NCBI GenBank assembly: GCA_965112735.1
Contig: OZ218963.1
Coordinates: 2,604,001-2,668,000 of the forward strand
Length of the DNA stretch: 64,000 nucleotides
Reading direction: 5' to 3'
From: Phaeosaccion multiseriatum
Taxonomy: Eukaryota; Protista; Ochrophyta, other classes
Under the pieces are notes generated by a model. That model saw nothing but the letters and a program-made list of their open reading frames with translations, was not told where the DNA came from and searched no databases. The translations under genes were made by a program, and so were the position numbers. Of this stretch, positions 23,968 to 35,354 are shown one piece after another. Position 1 is the first letter of the stretch. Every line of letters begins with the position of its first letter.

Positions 23968-26511
23968 TGTTGAGATAAATCGATGTCGACACTGATATCG
24001 ATCTCTATATCGCCGTTACATATCCGATCACTCCTATGCTAACATGGTGTAGCTAATAAGACGCTTTCCCACAACCCGTGCAAGTACGACGCTAGTCTCC
24101 AGAGAGGGAGATATCCCAACACGACAATTGTCGGTGGAAATCTAGTGATCACTAGTGCAGCAGTTGTCGTAAAACACGGGAGGATGAGACGGTAGAAAGG
24201 TCTTTCAGCCAGCGCCAGATACTCGGGAACTAGTCTGTCGCGCTACGTTGAACATGGCGGACCGACAGCTCTCGAGGCAGGAGGCAATCCGTAAGTTGCG
24301 ACAAATTCAGCTTACGGAACAGAAGAAGAAACAGGAGGAGGCGGACGCAAGGCGGGAGAGGCTACGGACTGATACGGCTCCTCCGCGCACCTATGACTTG
24401 CGTGGGCAGCCTAGGGTAGATTATTCCCAGCTCCATCTTCATGGATTGCGCGGCGCCCGTGTGGGGCCCGTGAGCGATAACCCCCCGCGTGCAGCAGTTG
24501 TGTATGATACTCCTCCTCGCAGGGGAAGTGGTGGTGGTGGCAGGGCATTTTCGCCTGTCATGCCTGGAATGATTTCTACTCCTGCAGCAACAAGCTCGGT
24601 AAGTCTGAATGATTCGGTGGCTACGCTGCTGAGTCACCCGCGTCTAGACGAAGCGTCTCGACAGGCTGTGCGGTTGGCTCTTCAGCGTGCTATTGTTGCT
24701 GACGAGGAGGACGAGAAGAAGCAGCGCTCAGTAGCTTTCGGCTCTGAGGCTGATGAGTCTGGTGATGATGAGGTTCGTTCACCGGATTTGACTGGAGATG
24801 GGGGCAGAGGTATCCCTGTAGTGCGCTCGGCAATGGCTGGGCGTGAGAGCGATGAGGCGACTGGTGTGAAGGCCTCTGCTCTCGGTGTTGGACCTGTGTC
24901 TAGCTAGACGGTCAGCAGTGGCGTCTGGTAACACTGGCGAACGCAGACGAGCAGCAGTGGCATCTGATACCCCTGTTCGCAGTGGGAGAAGTGGCAGGGC
25001 AATTACGCCTGCCACGTATGGTGGACCGCGGGCTACTGCAGCGTGTAGTAGTAGTCGTGGAGGGAGTGAGGAGGCACCAGGTATGGAAGCTCCTGCTCCA
25101 GCCCGGAGTGAGGAGGCACTAGTCATGGAAGCTCCTACTCCGGTTCGTGTGCAAGGCGAGGAATTCGCTCACGGAGTTTCTGCCGTGACCGACGATATCT
25201 TTGTCTTTAACGGAGAAGAAGCAGGGGTTGAGGAACCGGTGGTGCCCGATCACGAAGCCTCGACATGCCCTACTGGGCAGAGCCGGCTGCAGGAAGATGC
25301 GGTGGGGCGTGAGCGGACCCAGCAGCGACTGCATGAGGAAGTTATGCAGGAGAAACACAGGCAGCTGCACGAAGAAGAGGCGGAGCACGAGGGGTCCCAG
25401 CTGCGTCTGCGGCAGGAGGTGAAGGAAGGCACAGGGGTAGTGGAAGAGACTGAGCCTCAGCGGCTTGGTCAGCTATATCCTGGTCGGCTGGCACCAGCTG
25501 GTATTGGTACGAAATGGATATGGTTCCATGTGCGCTTCTGTCTTTGGCTCAGGATGGCGATACACCTCTTCAAGAGCATGAGGTGGTGTATGTGGAGCAG
25601 GACAAGGTCATACACATGAGGTGGTGTATGTGGAGCACGGCAAGGTCATGCGCTTGAAGGATGGCACTCTACGACAAGGTCGTGTGCTTGAAGAAGGAGC
25701 TCTATGCATGACGGTGGTATCAGACATTGGCAAGAGTTGTCGAGGTATATGAAGAACCCCGGCCCTGAGCATTGGAAGCAGGCTATGCGTGTGTTTGGGT
25801 ACCTGAAGGGTACTGTGGATTTTGCCTTGGTGTTTGGCAATGGCGAGTGTGTTTTGGAAGCTTATGCAGACGCGAATTACGCTGCATGTGTTGACACTCG
25901 CAGGAGTACGACTGGTTACGCTTTGATGTACGGAGGTGCGGCTATCACTTGGGGTGTGCGATTGCAACTGAGTGTGGCAATGTCTTCGCTGGAGAGTGAG
26001 TACATGGCGGCCAGCGACTGTGTGAAGGAGATATTATATATTAGGCAAGTATTGAGTTTCTTGTTCCCTGATGACTCGTCGAAGGCGACGGTTGTTTTTT
26101 AGGACAACGTGGGGTGCATTAAGCTGACGGAGAGCAATGCTTCGACGCGGAGGATGAAGCACATTGATGTTCGGTTTCACTTTCTGCAAGATGCGGTGAA
26201 GGATGAGCTCGTTGTGTTCGAGTACGTGGCTTCGAAGGCGCAGTTGGCTGATATTTTGACGAAGCACGTGACCCCGACGATACTTGTAGCTTTACGTAAG
26301 AAGATGATGGGTTTTAGGGCGTAGTTTCTTGATAGGATAGTATCGGGCGAGGAGGTGTGTTGAGATAAATCGATGTCGACACTGATATCGATCTCTATAT
26401 CGCCGTTACATATCCGATCACTCCTATGCTAACATGGTGTAGCTAATAAGACGCTTTCCCACAACCCGTGCAAGTACGACGCTAGTCTCCAGAGAGGGAG
26501 ATATCCCAACA
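23968..26511 (+). mobile_element. Non-autonomous Ty1/Copia, 154-bp identical LTRs (23968-24121, 26358-26511), 5-bp TSD GATGG
   Basis: Copia RNase H motifs (YADANYA, SSLESEY, MKHIDVRFHF, QLADILTK). Integrase, protease and most of RT are missing. Confidence 0.92.
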
Positions 26512-26632
26512 GATGGTCCCTTATCACAGACGAATGCCCCTACTTGAGTGAAGAAATCCTGCCCCAAGAAGATGGGCCGCGCCAAGTGGTCCACCACATG
26601 AAAGGGTAGCACCGGCTGGCACGTCGGCGTGA

Positions 26633-26929
26633 TGTAAGAAGGCATCCTTTTGCTAGGCTGGCAGCTATCCACTGAATATTCACGGGGGTAGCTGCCAACC
26701 TAGCAAAAGGATGCCTTCTTACATGTCTGTCAGTTAAGGTCGATCCTCCCCCCCCCTCCGAAAACTCCTCCGAAAACCTTGGGGGGGTAACTACCTAGGA
26801 TTTCTCCCACACCGAGCCCGTGAATTTCAGTGTCATGCCCACCTTTCGCCCTCGGAAATTTTCTCACCATCCTCAGAATCGAACCCCGTCTGGGCATGTA
26901 AGAAGGCATGCTTTTGCTAGGCTGGCAGC
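26633..26929. mobile_element. Hairpin mini-element family B, right hairpin truncated, at a deletion junction in Exo-Gypsy copy 2
   Basis: 91-bp palindrome TGTAAGAAGG..CCTTCTTACA at 26633-26723, followed by the internal region and a partial arm. Confidence 0.85.
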
Positions 26930-27139
26930 GCTCTGACCGCCTGCCGCCGCTGCACGCGACTCACAATGCCGAGCAGCTCCTCACGCGTAGCCGGGATGGC
27001 GTTGCATTCTATCCAGCCATGGCCGGCGCGGCGACAAGTCATGCAGTTAAATGGGGCATTGCCGTTGCCACGCTGCTTGAGCGAGCCGTGGAACAGCAAG
27101 GGCCGCTGCTGGGTGGGCGTGAGCCGCGGCTGCTGCGCC

Positions 27140-27174
<35 letters not shown>

Positions 27175-27617
27175 TGCATTCACCCCCACCTCCTGTGACG
27201 GCTGATGGTCCAGATGCTGCTCCACCGAATTCACGGCCACTTCCAGATGCTGCTCCACCGCAGTCACGGCCACTCCCCCGCGCGGAGTGCGCAGACCACC
27301 ACCACCACCACCACGGGCCCGCGGAGCCCCACCAGTAGAAGCGAGAGTAAGTGGGCTACCAGCCTGGAGCACACGAGTCGCGGCAGGAAATGCCTCCTTG
27401 TAGGAGGCGTAGAAGTCACTCCACGAGGGAGTCGCCGACTCCCAGCGCAGCCAGAAGTTGGTCATGCCGTCAGTTAATGGCAACGAGCCGTGACGAAGCC
27501 GAATCTCGACCTCTGGCCGCAGCACCGCCAGCAGGCCCGTAACCAAGGCTTGCTCATCCGTGGCCTGCCCCGTCACCTGCGCCAGACAGAGAGAGAGTTC
27601 CGCCAGCTTGGTGAGCA
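26930..27617 (-). pseudogene. gag: Gag fragment, probably belonging to Exo-Gypsy
   Basis: CMTCRRAGHGWIEC knuckle and a poly-Q tract. Same strand as, and upstream of, the protease fragment. Confidence 0.75.
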
Positions 27618-28149
27618 TGTTAGAAGTCGTGCTTTTGCTAGACTGGTACCTCCCGGTCTGAATTCAGAGGGTAGGTGTAAGAAGGCATCCTTTTGCTAGG
27701 CTGGCAGCTACCCCCGTGAATATTCAGTGGATAGCTGCCAGCCTAGCAAAAGGATGCCTTCTTACATGTCTGTCAGTTAAGGTCGATCCTTCCCCCCCCT
27801 CCGAAAACTCCTCCGAACACCTTGGGGGGGTTACTACCTAGGATTTCTCCCACACCGAGCCCGTGCATTTCAGTGTCATGCCCAACTTTCGCCCTCGGAA
27901 ATTTTCTCACCATCCACAGAATCGAACCCCGTCTGGGCATGTAAGAAGGCATCATTTTGCTAGGCTGGCAGCTATCCACTGAATATTCACGGGGGTAGCT
28001 GCCAGCCTAGCAAAAGGATGCCTTCTTACATAGGTACCAGTCTAGCAAAAGCACGACTTCTAACATAATATTCAGTGGATAGCTGCCAGCCTAGCAAAAG
28101 GATGCCTTCTTACATAGGTACCAGTCTAGCAAAAGCACGACTTCTAACA
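27618..28149. mobile_element. Family A hairpin containing a complete family B element (27676-28030, TSD TAGG), followed by a partial duplication (28067-28149)
   Basis: TAGG on both sides of B; the A arms can be rejoined across it. Confidence 0.88.
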
Positions 28150-28822
28150 TATGTGAGGACGGTAGGCGCCTTCTCCCCCAACAGCTTTGTTCCCTTTCCA
28201 CTGACAAGAAAGCGCCGCATTCGCTCGGCTAACCACTTGACATCAATGGAAGGATTCCCGCCTGTGAGCTGGAACCCGCCAATCTTTTCCGGATTTGCGA
28301 CATCCTGCACCTTGAAGGCCTTTCCCTTACCCATCCTGCCCCTCAAGGCAACGAGGTACAAAAAAAAGGACTCCTCCTCCTCCTCGTTGCCGCCGCTGTC
28401 ACTCCCGCTGGCTCCCCCGAGCAGCACTGAGTAGTCCCCCTTTCGCTCGGTGTCGTCTTATCTCCGTCCCGCCTTGCGCCCGGCCAACAAATCCCCTCCC
28501 CTCCTTCTTCTTCCTCTCCTCATTCCTTTATCCTCTTCGAGATGGAATCCAAAGAGGAGAGCTGCTGGGGTGCAGAAACTATCTCCACACTCACCGCTTG
28601 TACCTCTTGCTCCTGCACCGACGGCAGAATCAGCAGCGGGGGGGGGGGTACAGTCCTCCCAGTCCACCACTTCAACCTCCTCGTCACCTTGACTTGCCAT
28701 CTCCTTCGCTCCGCTCTTCAACTTGTACTCACGTGAGAAGGAAAAAACTCAAGGCTGTAAGAGAGAAGCTGCACTAGAAGCTCCGTGGGGCTCTATGCTG
28801 CAAGAGAAGCTATGCGGGGGAC

Positions 28823-29111
28823 TGTAAGAAGGCTTCCTTTTGCTAGGCTGGCAGCTATCCACTGAATATTCACGGGGGTAGCTGCCAGCCTAGCAAAAGG
28901 ATGCTTTCTTACATGCCCAGACGGGGTTCGATTCTGAGGATGGTGAGAAAATTTCCGAGGGCGAAGGTTGGCCATGACACTGAAATTCGAGGTAACGGGC
29001 TCGGTGTGGGAGAAATCCTAGGTAGTTACCCCCCCCCCCCCCAAGGTTTTCGGAGGAGTTTTCGGAGGGGGGGGAAGGATCGACCTTAACTGACAGGCAT
29101 GTAAGAAGGCT
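28823..29111 (+). mobile_element. Family B element with 3' hairpin truncated
   Basis: Hairpin 28823-28913, then TGCCCAGACGGGGTTCGATTC and the internal region. Confidence 0.85.
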
Positions 29112-29713
29112 TTTCCCTGAACCCTCCAAGTTTTTTTCCAATGTTTCCAATTTGCTACTTTTCCTCTTTTGCACCTTCCCCAAGTGCTGTTTTGAACTGA
29201 AATTGACAGTAAGCTAATAGATTCGTGGAGGTCTAAGCACGACTTTCCACACTTTTCTTCTGTCCCTGTACATATTTTTGTAGCGATATATAAGGAGTCA
29301 TTAGCTCGCTGTAAACCATTCAGCGCGCTAGAGTTTCCGACCCCACCTGTACTGTGAGACCAGACACGGCCCAATTCTCAGTCAATATGGGCATTGGCAT
29401 GCATGATACTGAGGGAGACGTTGTCGGCAAAACACTTGAATATAATAAAGGATTGTCGGCGCAGCCATGTGTCAAGCGAATCTGGACATGCTCTACTTTC
29501 CCTTAAACCTGCTAGTACCTGATTAAAGTATATACCCGCCGCCACCCAATGTCAATGTCGGCTCGCCTCAGACCGTTCCGCACGGCCCTTGCATTTCTAT
29601 TGATTGGGTCCCCAAGAGACCCCAACTAGGCCACTTCTAACAATTAAATAATTGTGCCCTTCCCAGCTCCACCACATGTCACTTATACACCTTACACATG
29701 CACGCCGACCACC

Positions 29714-31609
29714 TTAAGCAAACCCACCCTCGACGGCTGGAGGCATGCATTCTCGGACTCTAACCGGCCCAGACTGTGTCTCCGCAAACCCAATAGGCTC
29801 AGTTGCCAGGCACTCAGGCGGGCAGGGCTCATGCCCAATTTCGTGTTGGACCGAATCCGGCGGGATGTTCTCGACACGTTCGCAGAGAGGCCTGGGAGGT
29901 GTTTTGATATGGAAAGGAAGGAGGCCCTTGGGGCAGTCGGTGCAAATTTCAAAGCTTGCTTCAACTTCGTGGATTCGCTTCCCCAGTTCGAGTGTGCCTG
30001 TAACTCGTTGCATTTTCTTTTCGGGCCCCAGAGCTGCAGCCAAGGCGATCTGCCCAAGCATATGAGTGACGTCACTCAACACCATTCTCGCCCCCTCACT
30101 ACTTTCGGCCCAGTCTGTGTCATTTTGAGAGCCTACAACGCGGTGAAAATGCTGGGACTTGCAGAATCCCGTGCGGGCCTCATTTTGATGAAACATTGCC
30201 TGATACATTGGCAACACGTGCAAGTGAATTATGCGTGGATCATCTCTGCTCATCGCTTGGAACTTCGGGAGACCATCTTTTTCATGCGGTCCCGATATAA
30301 CCTTGTCCGAGTAATCGCTTATTGTCGGGTTGCTGGGATGGAAGGTTCCGAAACCCAGTGTTGCCATGCCTTCAAGCATCAAGACTCTGCCATTCCAGTC
30401 GGGATGAAGTCCATCTAAAATGACATTAATGCGGGAGTTTGGTAGTTTAGACAGGCCATCGCGGATACCAGGAAAGACAATGACGTCCGGCGCCATTTCA
30501 GCCCCCCCCCCAAAGAGAAAATCCCGAACGAAAGCCGCCCCTCCCTGCTTTAAGGCCATTCCGCTGGTTCCTACAAGTCTCTCCTCGTGACAGGTAGTGT
30601 TCGACTCGTCAGAGAAGTAGACGGCACGAAAATCCTGATAGGAAACACGGAGATTTCCAACTCGGACGTCCGCCCAGCCCCAACACTTCCCAAGAGCAGA
30701 TGTTTTGAGTTCGTCCTTCTGCCCCTCTCGCAGGATCTCGTCGAAAAGGGAGAGTGCTATACCGCGTTGAACAGAGCTCCCCATCACCACAATCCACGTC
30801 TGCTCGTCGAGGGCAGCCAAAGCCATCAATTTATCGTACGTGAACACCTCGTGAGTGCAATCCTTCGGTTGGAAAACCCATCCGGAAGGCAAAGTCCCAC
30901 CCGAGACCGCGTTCCCCTCTGCTGACAACCACGTTCCGGGACGCCAGAAGCTGGACATCCAATCAGCTGCTACCATTGGTTGTTTCTCCCTCCTTTCCTC
31001 GTCAAAATCGTAACAACTAGGCAAGCGCTCAGGAAACAAAGTGCGGGGGCCTACGACGTGCAACAGAAATGGGCTCCCTGTAAATTGCTTCAGACCGGAG
31101 TGAGACTTCGTAGATTTCGCAACCTTCAGGTCCACCTCGTCGACGAAGACAGAATAGGTGCCGGGGAAGTCACAAGTGTAAGATGCAGTCAAAGTTCCGT
31201 CCCCATTGTTCACCACCTCTGCCGCCATGATCTGATTTGGTCCGGAGATCCACACATAGATAAAGGCCGCCCACTCCAGGTTCCAGTCCACTCCCGCAGA
31301 CCTGCTATCGGTAACCGGAATACCACCAGGCCACATCAACTGAATGGTGAAGGACGTACGCGCCCCTGTGAGGGCCGAGGTTACCCCCTCGCCGATCACT
31401 CTGTGTGGGGCTCTGTTCGTCGCTGTGCCCCCCACCACATCAATCTCGTCCGCACCGTAGTCATGGGCCTGTGGTTGCACTTTGGGAGGTCGTGAACATA
31501 CGCTGCTCTGTACCACGAATAGGAATACCAGCAGTTTTAGCCCCTTCTCCCACTTTACCCCCGTCATTATCCCCATCATACAAAAACGAAGAAGTGATGC
31601 TATCACCAT
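29714..31609 (-). CDS. Intronless secreted or membrane-anchored protein with a filamin/ABP280-type Ig repeat and an SGNH/PC-esterase (NXPE-like) domain
   Basis: ORF of about 630 aa with an N-terminal hydrophobic segment. Filamin-type motifs GEGV..SFTI..NNGDGTLTASY..PGTYSV..GSPF, then WVFQPKDC and IVVMGSSVQR. Confidence 0.7.
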   Translation of the reverse strand: MVIASLLRFCMMGIMTGVKWEKGLKLLVFLFVVQSSVCSRPPKVQPQAHDYGADEIDVVGGTATNRAPHRVIGEGVTSALTGARTSFTIQLMWPGGIPVTDSRSAGVDWNLEWAAFIYVWISGPNQIMAAEVVNNGDGTLTASYTCDFPGTYSVFVDEVDLKVAKSTKSHSGLKQFTGSPFLLHVVGPRTLFPERLPSCYDFDEERREKQPMVAADWMSSFWRPGTWLSAEGNAVSGGTLPSGWVFQPKDCTHEVFTYDKLMALAALDEQTWIVVMGSSVQRGIALSLFDEILREGQKDELKTSALGKCWGWADVRVGNLRVSYQDFRAVYFSDESNTTCHEERLVGTSGMALKQGGAAFVRDFLFGGGAEMAPDVIVFPGIRDGLSKLPNSRINVILDGLHPDWNGRVLMLEGMATLGFGTFHPSNPTISDYSDKVISGPHEKDGLPKFQAMSRDDPRIIHLHVLPMYQAMFHQNEARTGFCKSQHFHRVVGSQNDTDWAESSEGARMVLSDVTHMLGQIALAAALGPEKKMQRVTGTLELGKRIHEVEASFEICTDCPKGLLPFHIKTPPRPLCERVENIPPDSVQHEIGHEPCPPECLATEPIGFAETQSGPVRVRECMPPAVEGGFA

Positions 31610-31765
31610 TCATTATTAGTACCCCTTGCTATCACGGGTTCAATTCCCAATGGAGAATTTCTGGCGATTAAACATATATAAGATTTCAGCGTTGGAAAAT
31701 CACTCGGGGATCATGATCTGATCATGATATTCCATGTTATCAAATCGGAAAATTATCAAATCGCT

Positions 31766-34700
31766 TGTTGTGATATCTCTCACCTAGAGACTGGTGACGA
31801 ACTTGCACGAGTGTGGGGAAGCGTCTTATTAGCTACATAACACCAAAAGAAGGAGTGAACGGACTTGTACCAGCGATATGAGATCGATATCTAGTGTCGA
31901 CATCGATTTATCTCAACACACCTCCTCGCCTGGTACTGTCCATTCCGCTAACTACGCCCTAAAACTGTGCTATTGTCCTATATAGTGTTGGTCATACATT
32001 CAGGGGTCACAGAAATATGAGTGTAACCTTCATGGACACCCCTGACCCAGGGGGGATAGAAAGAGAGTGCTCTCCACTCTTTTCTTGTAAGCTCTAAGTG
32101 AGTAGTAAAGACTTAATACGGACACCGACGCCCCACCAGAGGCACGGCGAATACTTGGTCCAAACCCCTTAAGCTTTTCTACGTCAGCTTAGCACAAAAC
32201 CCATCATCTTTTCACGTAAAGCTACAAGCACTGCCGGGGTCACGTGCTTCGTCAAAAGGTCAGCCAGCTGCGCCTTCGAAGCCACGTACTTAAATGTAAT
32301 AAGAGCCTCCTTCACTGCGTCTTGCAGAAAATGAAACCGAACATCAATGTGCTTCATCCTCCGCGTCGATGCATTGCTCTCTGCCAGCTTGATACACCCC
32401 ATGTTGTCCTCAAAAACAACTGTCGCCTTCGACGAGTCATCAGGGAACAAGAAACTCAATACCTGCCTTATGTATAATATTTCCTTCACACAGTCACTGG
32501 CCGCCATGTACTCGCTCTCCAGCGAAGACATCGCCACACTCAGCTGCAATCGCACACCCCAAGTGATAGCTGCACCTCCGTACATCAAAGCGTAACAAGT
32601 CGAACTCCTGCGAGTGTCAACACATGCAGCGTAATTCGCGTCTCCATATGCTTCCAAAACACACTCGCCCTTGCCAAACACCAAAGCACGATCCACAGTA
32701 CCCTTCAGGTACCCAAACACACGCATAGCCTGTTTCCAATGCTCAGGGCCGGGGTTCTTCATATACCGCGACAACTCTCGAACAGCATAGGCAATATCAG
32801 GCCTTGTCCAGTTTGAGATCCACATCAAAACGCCCACCACACCGGGGTAGTCCTTGTCAGTCATAAAAGCTACGTCAGCTGCAGATGAGGGCTCCATACT
32901 CTTGCTGAGTGCTGTGCCAGACACACCGGGTGTCGAGTAAACTCGATCAGACTCCAAACCAAACTTCACTATCATCTTCTTGATGTAGTGCTCCAATGTC
33001 AATGTGACAGTGCCTACGCTCCGATTGAACACAACGCGCACTCCCAAAAACTGATCAACATTGGGCCCAAGTCTCTTCAACGAAAACTTGTTGTCCAGCT
33101 CTGTAAAGAGCCAGTCCACCACCTCCTGCTTTCCTCCGCAGGACAAATCATCAACAAATACAATGAGGATGCCAACAAGCTCCCCATTCTTCCACAAAAC
33201 AAATAAACACGGCTCAGCGCCACACTTTTGCCATCCAAGCTCAAGCAGAAACTTCACCAATGTCTGATACCAACGCCATGCATAGAGCGCCTTCTTCAAG
33301 CACATGACCTTGTCGTAGAGTGCCATCCTTCAAGCGCATGACCTTGCCGTGCTCCACATACACCACCTCATGTGTATGACCTTGTCCTGCTCCACATACA
33401 CCACCTCATGCTCTTGAAGAGGTGCATCGCCATCCTGAGCCAAAGACAGAAGCGCACATGGAACCATATCCATTCCGTACCAATACCAGCTGGTGCCAGC
33501 CCACCAGGATATAGCTGACCAAGCCGCTGAGGCTCAGTCTCTTCCACGACCCCTGTGTTTTCCTTCGCCTCCTGCATCAGACGCAGCTGTGGTCCCTCGT
33601 GCTCCACCTCTTCTGCGTGCAGCTGCCTGTGTTTCTCCTGCATAACTTCCTCATGCAGTCGCTGCTGGGTCCGCTCACGCCCCACCGCATCTTCCTTCAG
33701 CCGTCTCTGCCCAGTAGAGCATGTCGAGGCTTCGTGGTCGGGCACCACCAGTGCCTCAACCCCTTCTCCGTCTACGTTAAAGACGAAGGTATCATCATCG
33801 TTCGCGGCAGAAACTCCTTGAGTGAATTCCTCGCCTGGCACACGAACTGGAGCAGGAGCTTCCATGACTGGTGCCTCCTCACTCCGGGCTGGAGCAGGAG
33901 CTGCCAAACCTGGTGCCTCCTCACTCCGGGCTGGAGTAGGAGCTTCCAAACCTGGTGCCTCCTCACTCCGGACTGGAGTAGGAGCTTCCAAACCTGGTGC
34001 CTCCTCACTCCCTTCCTCATTCGTGGCTTCTTGCACAGTGCCTCGACGTGGAGCAGGAGCTTCCACAACCGGTGGTGCCTCCTCGCTCTCTTGTGCCTCT
34101 GCAGCGTCCATGAAGCGCTCGTCGGCATCCCTCTTTTTGGGTGCCAACGCTGCTTTCACTGCTGCAATGGTCTCGTCGTCCATCTCATGCAACTGTGACA
34201 AAAACGACTGCGCCGTGGGTCTACTGGTCACTACAGCAGACCTAAGTCCAGACATGGCAGGCGTGAACGCCCTGCCACCGCTCCCGCTACGAGCAGAGGT
34301 ATCCACTGCTGCTGCCCGACTGGGGGAGTTTGTTACGGGCCCCACCTGGGCACTACGCAACCCTCGTGTATGGAGTTCCTTGTAGTCAAGGCCAGGCCGC
34401 ATACGCAAGCCATAGCCGCTGCCGGACAAAGCAGAAGCGTTTTCTCCTCAAAACCCCCTCCTGTCTCGTGCTCTCTTGGTCGCGGAGCCACCGCTCCTTG
34501 ATCGCACGACGTGCCTTCTCCCTCGAAGCTCTAATGGACGTCACCGTGGGTCTACTGGACACTACAGCAGACCTAAGTCCAGACATGGCAGGCGTAAACG
34601 CTCTGCCACCGCTCCCGCTACGAGCAGAGGGATTCACCGCTGCTGCCCGCCTGGGGGATTCAGTTGCGGGCCCCACCTGGGCACTACGCAACCCACACAG

Positions 34701-35185
34701 GTAGGGGTCTGAGTGTTCGATACCTGACCGCCTACGCAAGTCATAATGGATGCTGACGGAAGGAGCTGAATCAGCTCGTAGCCCCTCCTGCCTTCCACTC
34801 AAAACCCCCTCCTGTCTCGTGCTCTCTTGGTCGCGGGGCCACCGCTCCTTGACCGCACGACGTGCCTTCTCCCTCGAAGCTCTAGACACTCGTCGGTCCG
34901 CCATACCCAATGCAGCGTGGCAGACGCACCAGTGCTAAAATCTGCTCCGACCGTTTCACCTTCCCGTACTCATCCCGTACTTTACGTCCACCGCTGCACT
35001 AATGCGCATTAGATTTCAACCGACAATTGTCGTGTTGTGATATCTCTCACCTAGAGACTGGTGACGAACTTGCACGAGTGTGGGAAAGCGTCTTATTAGC
35101 TACATAACACCAAAAGAAGGAGTGAACGGACTTGTACCAGCGATATGAGATCGATATCTAGTGTCGACATCGATTTATCTCAACA
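31766..35185 (-). mobile_element. Non-autonomous Ty1/Copia, 153-bp LTRs (31766-31918, 35033-35185), TSD TCGCT/TCGTT
   Basis: RT 3' part (KKALY, FVDD, TRPDIAY) and RNase H at 32184-33326. Disordered repetitive 5' ORFs; no integrase. Confidence 0.92.
31966..32196 (+). repeat. Solo LTR of a clade 2 Gypsy, TSD AAAC
   Basis: TGTGCT..AGCACA ends; homologous in reverse complement to the LTR at 59117. Confidence 0.85.
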
Positions 35186-35354
35186 TCGTTATCATATCAC
35201 GACCAGCTGCCTCAGTAGAATATCTCTGGGGGTGTTAGTGTTATCAGATCAATCGAATATCTTATCACATACCTTGACAAGGAATCCAAATCTTATCACA
35301 AATCACTCATAGTCGTGATAATTGTCGTGATATGATTTTATTGTTGTCTTTTAA

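Larger units (their letters stand above)
20713..26528 (-). mobile_element. Internally deleted clade 2 Gypsy with 282-bp LTRs (20713-20994; 23698-26528, split by a Copia), TSD GACG
   Basis: Matching LTRs, PPT GGGGGTAG, gag 22483-23586, protease WDSG 22162-22479 and chromodomain 21048-21461. RT, RNase H and integrase core are absent. Confidence 0.88.
12013..27617 (-). mobile_element. Exo-Gypsy copy 2, disrupted. Contains the 3' LTR 12013-12207, integrase 12246-14073, RH-exo 15138-17510, RT and spacer to about 20712, a protease fragment 26529-26632 and a gag fragment 26930-27617
   Basis: Highly similar to copy 1. It has a 2-bp frameshift near 17558 and is interrupted by TSD-flanked nested insertions. 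Confidence 0.9.

Noticed and set aside
28150-28800. Short ORFs 28110-28427 and 28458-28721 as a gene
   Set aside because: No recognisable motif or supported splice model; possibly an old remnant.
28914-28990. Hammerhead ribozyme (CTGAGGA...GAA) in family B
   Set aside because: No convincing stem II with a G-C closing pair, and other copies read CTGTGGA, which breaks the core.
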